From: Squalus acanthias
Taxonomy: Eukaryota
Direction: 5' to 3'
DNA length: 64,000 bases
Assembly: GCA_030390025.1 (NCBI GenBank)
Contig: CM059432.1
Span: forward strand, 108,068,001-108,132,000
This document shows, piece after piece, positions 60,748-64,000 of this stretch (the stretch's first letter is position 1; each line of letters begins with the position of its first letter). The notes under the pieces were generated by a model. That model saw nothing but the letters and a program-made list of their open reading frames with translations, searched no databases and was not told the DNA's origin. Both the position numbers and the translations under genes were made by a program.

Positions 60748-62747
60748 ATAAGAACATAAGAACATAAGAAATAGGAGCAGGAGTAGGCCAATCGGCCCCT
60801 CGAGCCTGCTCCGCCATTCAATAAGATCATGGCTGATCTGATCCTAACCGCCAATCTACTATCTATCACAGAACCATCTCCTGCATCTAACAGAATTGCA
60901 CACACAAAATAGGAGCAGAATCAGGCTACACAGTCCCTGGGCCCGCTCCACTACCCACAGGGCCATGACCGATCCGAACCTAGACTCATGTCCAAATTCC
61001 TGCCCGCTCCCCGTAACCCTTAATGCCCTTTACTTCTAGGAAACTGTCTATTTCTGTTTTAAATTTAATTAATGTTGTAGCTTCTACAGCTTTTTGTGGC
61101 AGCATATTCCATGGACCTACCACCCTCTGAGTGAAGTAGTTCCTCCTCATCTCAGTTTTGAAAGAGCAGCCCCTTATTCTAAGACTATGTCCCCTAGTTC
61201 TCGTCTCACCCGTCATCGGGAACATCCTCCCCGCATCCACCCGATCCAACCCCTTCACAATCTTATATGTTTCAATAAGATCGCCTCTCATTCTTCTGAA
61301 CTCCAATGAGTAGAGTCCCAATCTACCCAACCTCTCCTCATATGACCACCCCCTCATCCCCGGGATTAACCGAGTGAACCTTTTTTGCACTGCCTCGAGA
61401 GCAAGGATGTCTTTCCTTAAGTAAGGACACCAAAACTGTATGCAGTATTCCAGGTGCGGTCTCACCAATACCTTGTACAACTGAAGCAATACCTCCCTAT
61501 TTTTATATTCTATCCCCCTAGCAATGAAAGCCAACATTCCATTTGCCTTCTTAATCACTTGCTGCACCTGCATACTAACCTTTTGAGTTTCGTGCACCAG
61601 GACCCCCAGATCCCTTTGCACTTCAGTACTCTCCAGTTTCTTGCCATTAAGATAATAAATTGCTCTAGGATTTTTCCTGCCAAAGTGCATCACCTCACAC
61701 TTTCCAGTGTTGTATTCCATCTGCCAAATCTCTGCCCACTTACTTAGCCTGTCTATGTCCCCTTGCAGGTTTTTTATGTCCTCCTCACTCACTACTTTCC
61801 CTCCCATCTTAGTATCATCTGCAAATTTTGATATGTTACACTTGGTCCCTTCCTCCAAATCGTTAATATAGATTGTAAAGAGTTGGGGACCCAGCACTGA
61901 CCCCTGTGGAACACCACTAGTTACTGATTGCCAGTCTGAGAATGAACCATTTATCCCAACTCTTTGCTTTCTGTTAGATAGCCAATCCTCTATCCATGCC
62001 AGAATATTACCCCCAATCCCGTGATTTTTTACCTTAAGCAATAATCTTTTGTGTGGCACCTTGTCAAATGCCTTTTGGAAGTCTAAATACACTACGTCCA
62101 CTGGTTCCCCTTTATCCACTCTATATGTTACTTCCTCAAAGAACTCCAGCAAATTTGTCAAACATGACTTCCCCTTCGTAAAACCATGCTGACTTTGTCC
62201 TATTAAATTATGATTATCCAAATGTCCTGTTACTGTTTCCTTAATAATGGACTCCAAAATTTTACCTACCACAGATGTTAGGCTAACCGGTCTATAGTTA
62301 CCAGCCTTCTGTCTACTGCCCTTTTTAAATAAGGGTGTTACATTAGCAGTTTTCCAGTCTGCCGGGACCTTAGCGGAATCCAGGGAGTTTTGAAAAATTA
62401 TTACCAATGCATCTACAATCCCTACCGCCACTTCCTTCAAGACTCTAGGATGTAAGCCATCAGGTCCAGGTGATTTATCCGCCTTGAGTCCCATTATTTT
62501 ACCGAGTACCACTTCCTTAGTGATTTTGATCGTGTTTAGCTCCTCTCCCCCTATAGCCCCCTGTTTGTCCAGTGTTGGGATATTCTTAGTGTCTTCTACT
62601 GTAAAGACTGATACAAAATATTCATTCAGTGTTTTTGCCATCTCCATATTTCCCACCATTAATTTCCTGGTCTCATCCTCTAAGGGACCAACATTTACTT
62701 TAGCCACCCTTTTTCTTTTTATATAACTATAAAAACTCTTACTATCT
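60748..62747 (-). mobile_element. Young 5'-truncated CR1 inserted in the host CR1
   Basis: 573-codon uninterrupted RT frame 60986..62707; GTC duplication at the junctions; (TTCTTATG)n tail. Confidence 0.94.
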
Positions 62748-62933
62748 GTCGCCCATTTAAGACGGAGATGAGGAGGAATTTCTTCTCTCAGAGGGTCGTG
62801 AATCTTTGGAATTCTCTACACCAGAGAGCTGTGGAGGCGGAGTCATTGAATATATTCAAGGCTGAGATAGACAGATTTTTGAACTAGAGGAGTCAAGGGT
62901 CATGGGGAACAGGCAGAAAAGTTGAGTTGAGGT

Positions 62934-63226
62934 AGAGAGAGAGACTCAGAGAGAGAATCAGAGAGAGAGAAGCAAGAGAGAGAATCAGAGAGAGAAGAGA
63001 GAGAATCAGAGAGAGAAGAGAGAGAATCAGAGAGAATCAGAGAGAGAATCAGAGAGAATCAGAGAGAGAATCAGAGAGAGAAGAGAGAGAATCAGAGAGA
63101 AGAAAGAGAGAGAATCAGAGAGAATCAGAGAGAAGAAAGAGAGAGAAAGAGAGCATCAGAGAGAGAGAATCAGAGAGAAAAGAAAGAGAGAGAATCAGAG
63201 AGAATGAGAGAGAGAGTGAATCAGAG
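62934..63226. repeat. (GAGAGAATCA)n-type microsatellite, right half
   Basis: Direct reading. Confidence 0.93.
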
Positions 63227-63618
63227 CGATCAGTGATAGAAGTTCATGGCTGGCTTCAGGTTACAGAGGATGCATAATCGCTGGTGGTAGGAGTACAGGA
63301 TCTATGAAGCATGGCTGGTTGAAAAGACTATAGAGTAAATTCAATACTCATGTGTTCCCAGCAAGGAATTATGCACAGAATGAACAGAGTGGAGATAGGG
63401 CTACAGCATTGTAACCCCAATTCTCTGACTCATGCTCCCTGTCAGTGTGGGATTGCAGAAGTTTCTATTACAATCTAGACTGTAATCAGATCATGATGGG
63501 CTTAGAGAACGTTACATCATAGTTTAGAGCTACCATTTCAACCCTGACATTTGATTGCAGGCTTGAAACATATCCAAGATATCTGTTTTCCTGATACGCA
63601 TTCTGCACGCACGAATAT

Positions 63619-63805
63619 GGGGGCCAAATTGATCTTCGGTGCTAACAAATCAGCTGCCTGTTTAATCCAACGCCTCCCCTCAACCCCACCCCTGATTTTC
63701 TTTTCCAGTGAAGTCAATGGAAAAGAAAATAGTGCACGGTGTAAAACGGTCTGCCTATTCGCTATCGCCCATATTGTACTACTGCCGAAGACCAATTTCA
63801 CCCCC
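63619..63805. mobile_element. Fold-back MITE related to 5338/18990
   Basis: GGGGGCCAAATTGATCTTCGG ... CCGAAGACCAATTTCACCCCC, central TTTTCCAGTGAAGTCAATGGAAAA. Confidence 0.65.
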
Positions 63806-64000
63806 AACTGGTCTTAGGTTTTGATATATTCCTGTGCTGTCCGTGCTCTCATGGCTGTGGATTTACGAATACATTCACATTGTGTGACTGCTAATGGTGA
63901 CAATTTGCAGTTCAGTACTGGCAACTTCTACAGACAGTACATTCAATATTTGGCTGCACTACAACCATCGATCATTACTTTTTTACTTTCATCAGTGGTT

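Larger units (their letters stand above)
53601..62932 (+). mobile_element. Host CR1 LINE in four pieces (53601-53684, 55052-55333, 60140-60747, 62748-62932)
   Basis: Pieces are colinear with the 26769 CR1 (KMLEFIIKE...HNAIKQSQ | [11 protein letters not shown]... | KSLQRDIDRL... | FKTEMRRNFFSQRV). Confidence 0.88.

Noticed and set aside
52378..64000. AMPH exon 1
   Set aside because: No ...AQEK|GT exon was recognised; probably lies beyond position 64000.

Overview
Eukaryotic, intron-dominated window from a cartilaginous fish (shark-like; inferred from HE1-type V-SINEs, Deu-domain SacSINE1-like SINEs and elasmobranch-style CR1 LINEs). The only host gene is amphiphysin (AMPH) on the minus strand: seven GT-AG coding exons (81, 55, 95, 96, 108, 86, 76 bp; 199 codons) encode most of the N-BAR domain, and exon 1 and the downstream exons appear to lie outside the window. 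The rest is layered transposon sequence: many CR1 and L2 LINE pieces, SINEs, a decayed full-length Gypsy element with very short LTRs, a 1.37-kb solo LTR, two formerly autonomous PIF/Harbinger transposons (HARBI1-like DDE transposase convergent with a spliced Myb/SANT gene), many Harbinger-type MITEs, and a ~5.3-kb polypyrimidine/polypurine satellite with a fixed CCGATC core. Highlights: (1) a Harbinger system with 3-bp TSDs, a palindromic CWC-NNN-GWG target preference, two different elements at the same nucleotide of two CR1 copies, and a recurring subterminal CCCGCCTCCA motif; (2) a 132-bp templated insertion in the Gypsy 5' LTR copied from 1.4 kb away with microhomology at both junctions; (3) SINE 3'-tail swapping; (4) a sense-oriented solo LTR with a splice donor just upstream of AMPH exon 2; (5) a 9.3-kb nest of elements inside one CR1. 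No prokaryotic-type system was found. Repeat boundaries without a stated TSD are approximate, and all family assignments come from reading the sequence, not from database searches.
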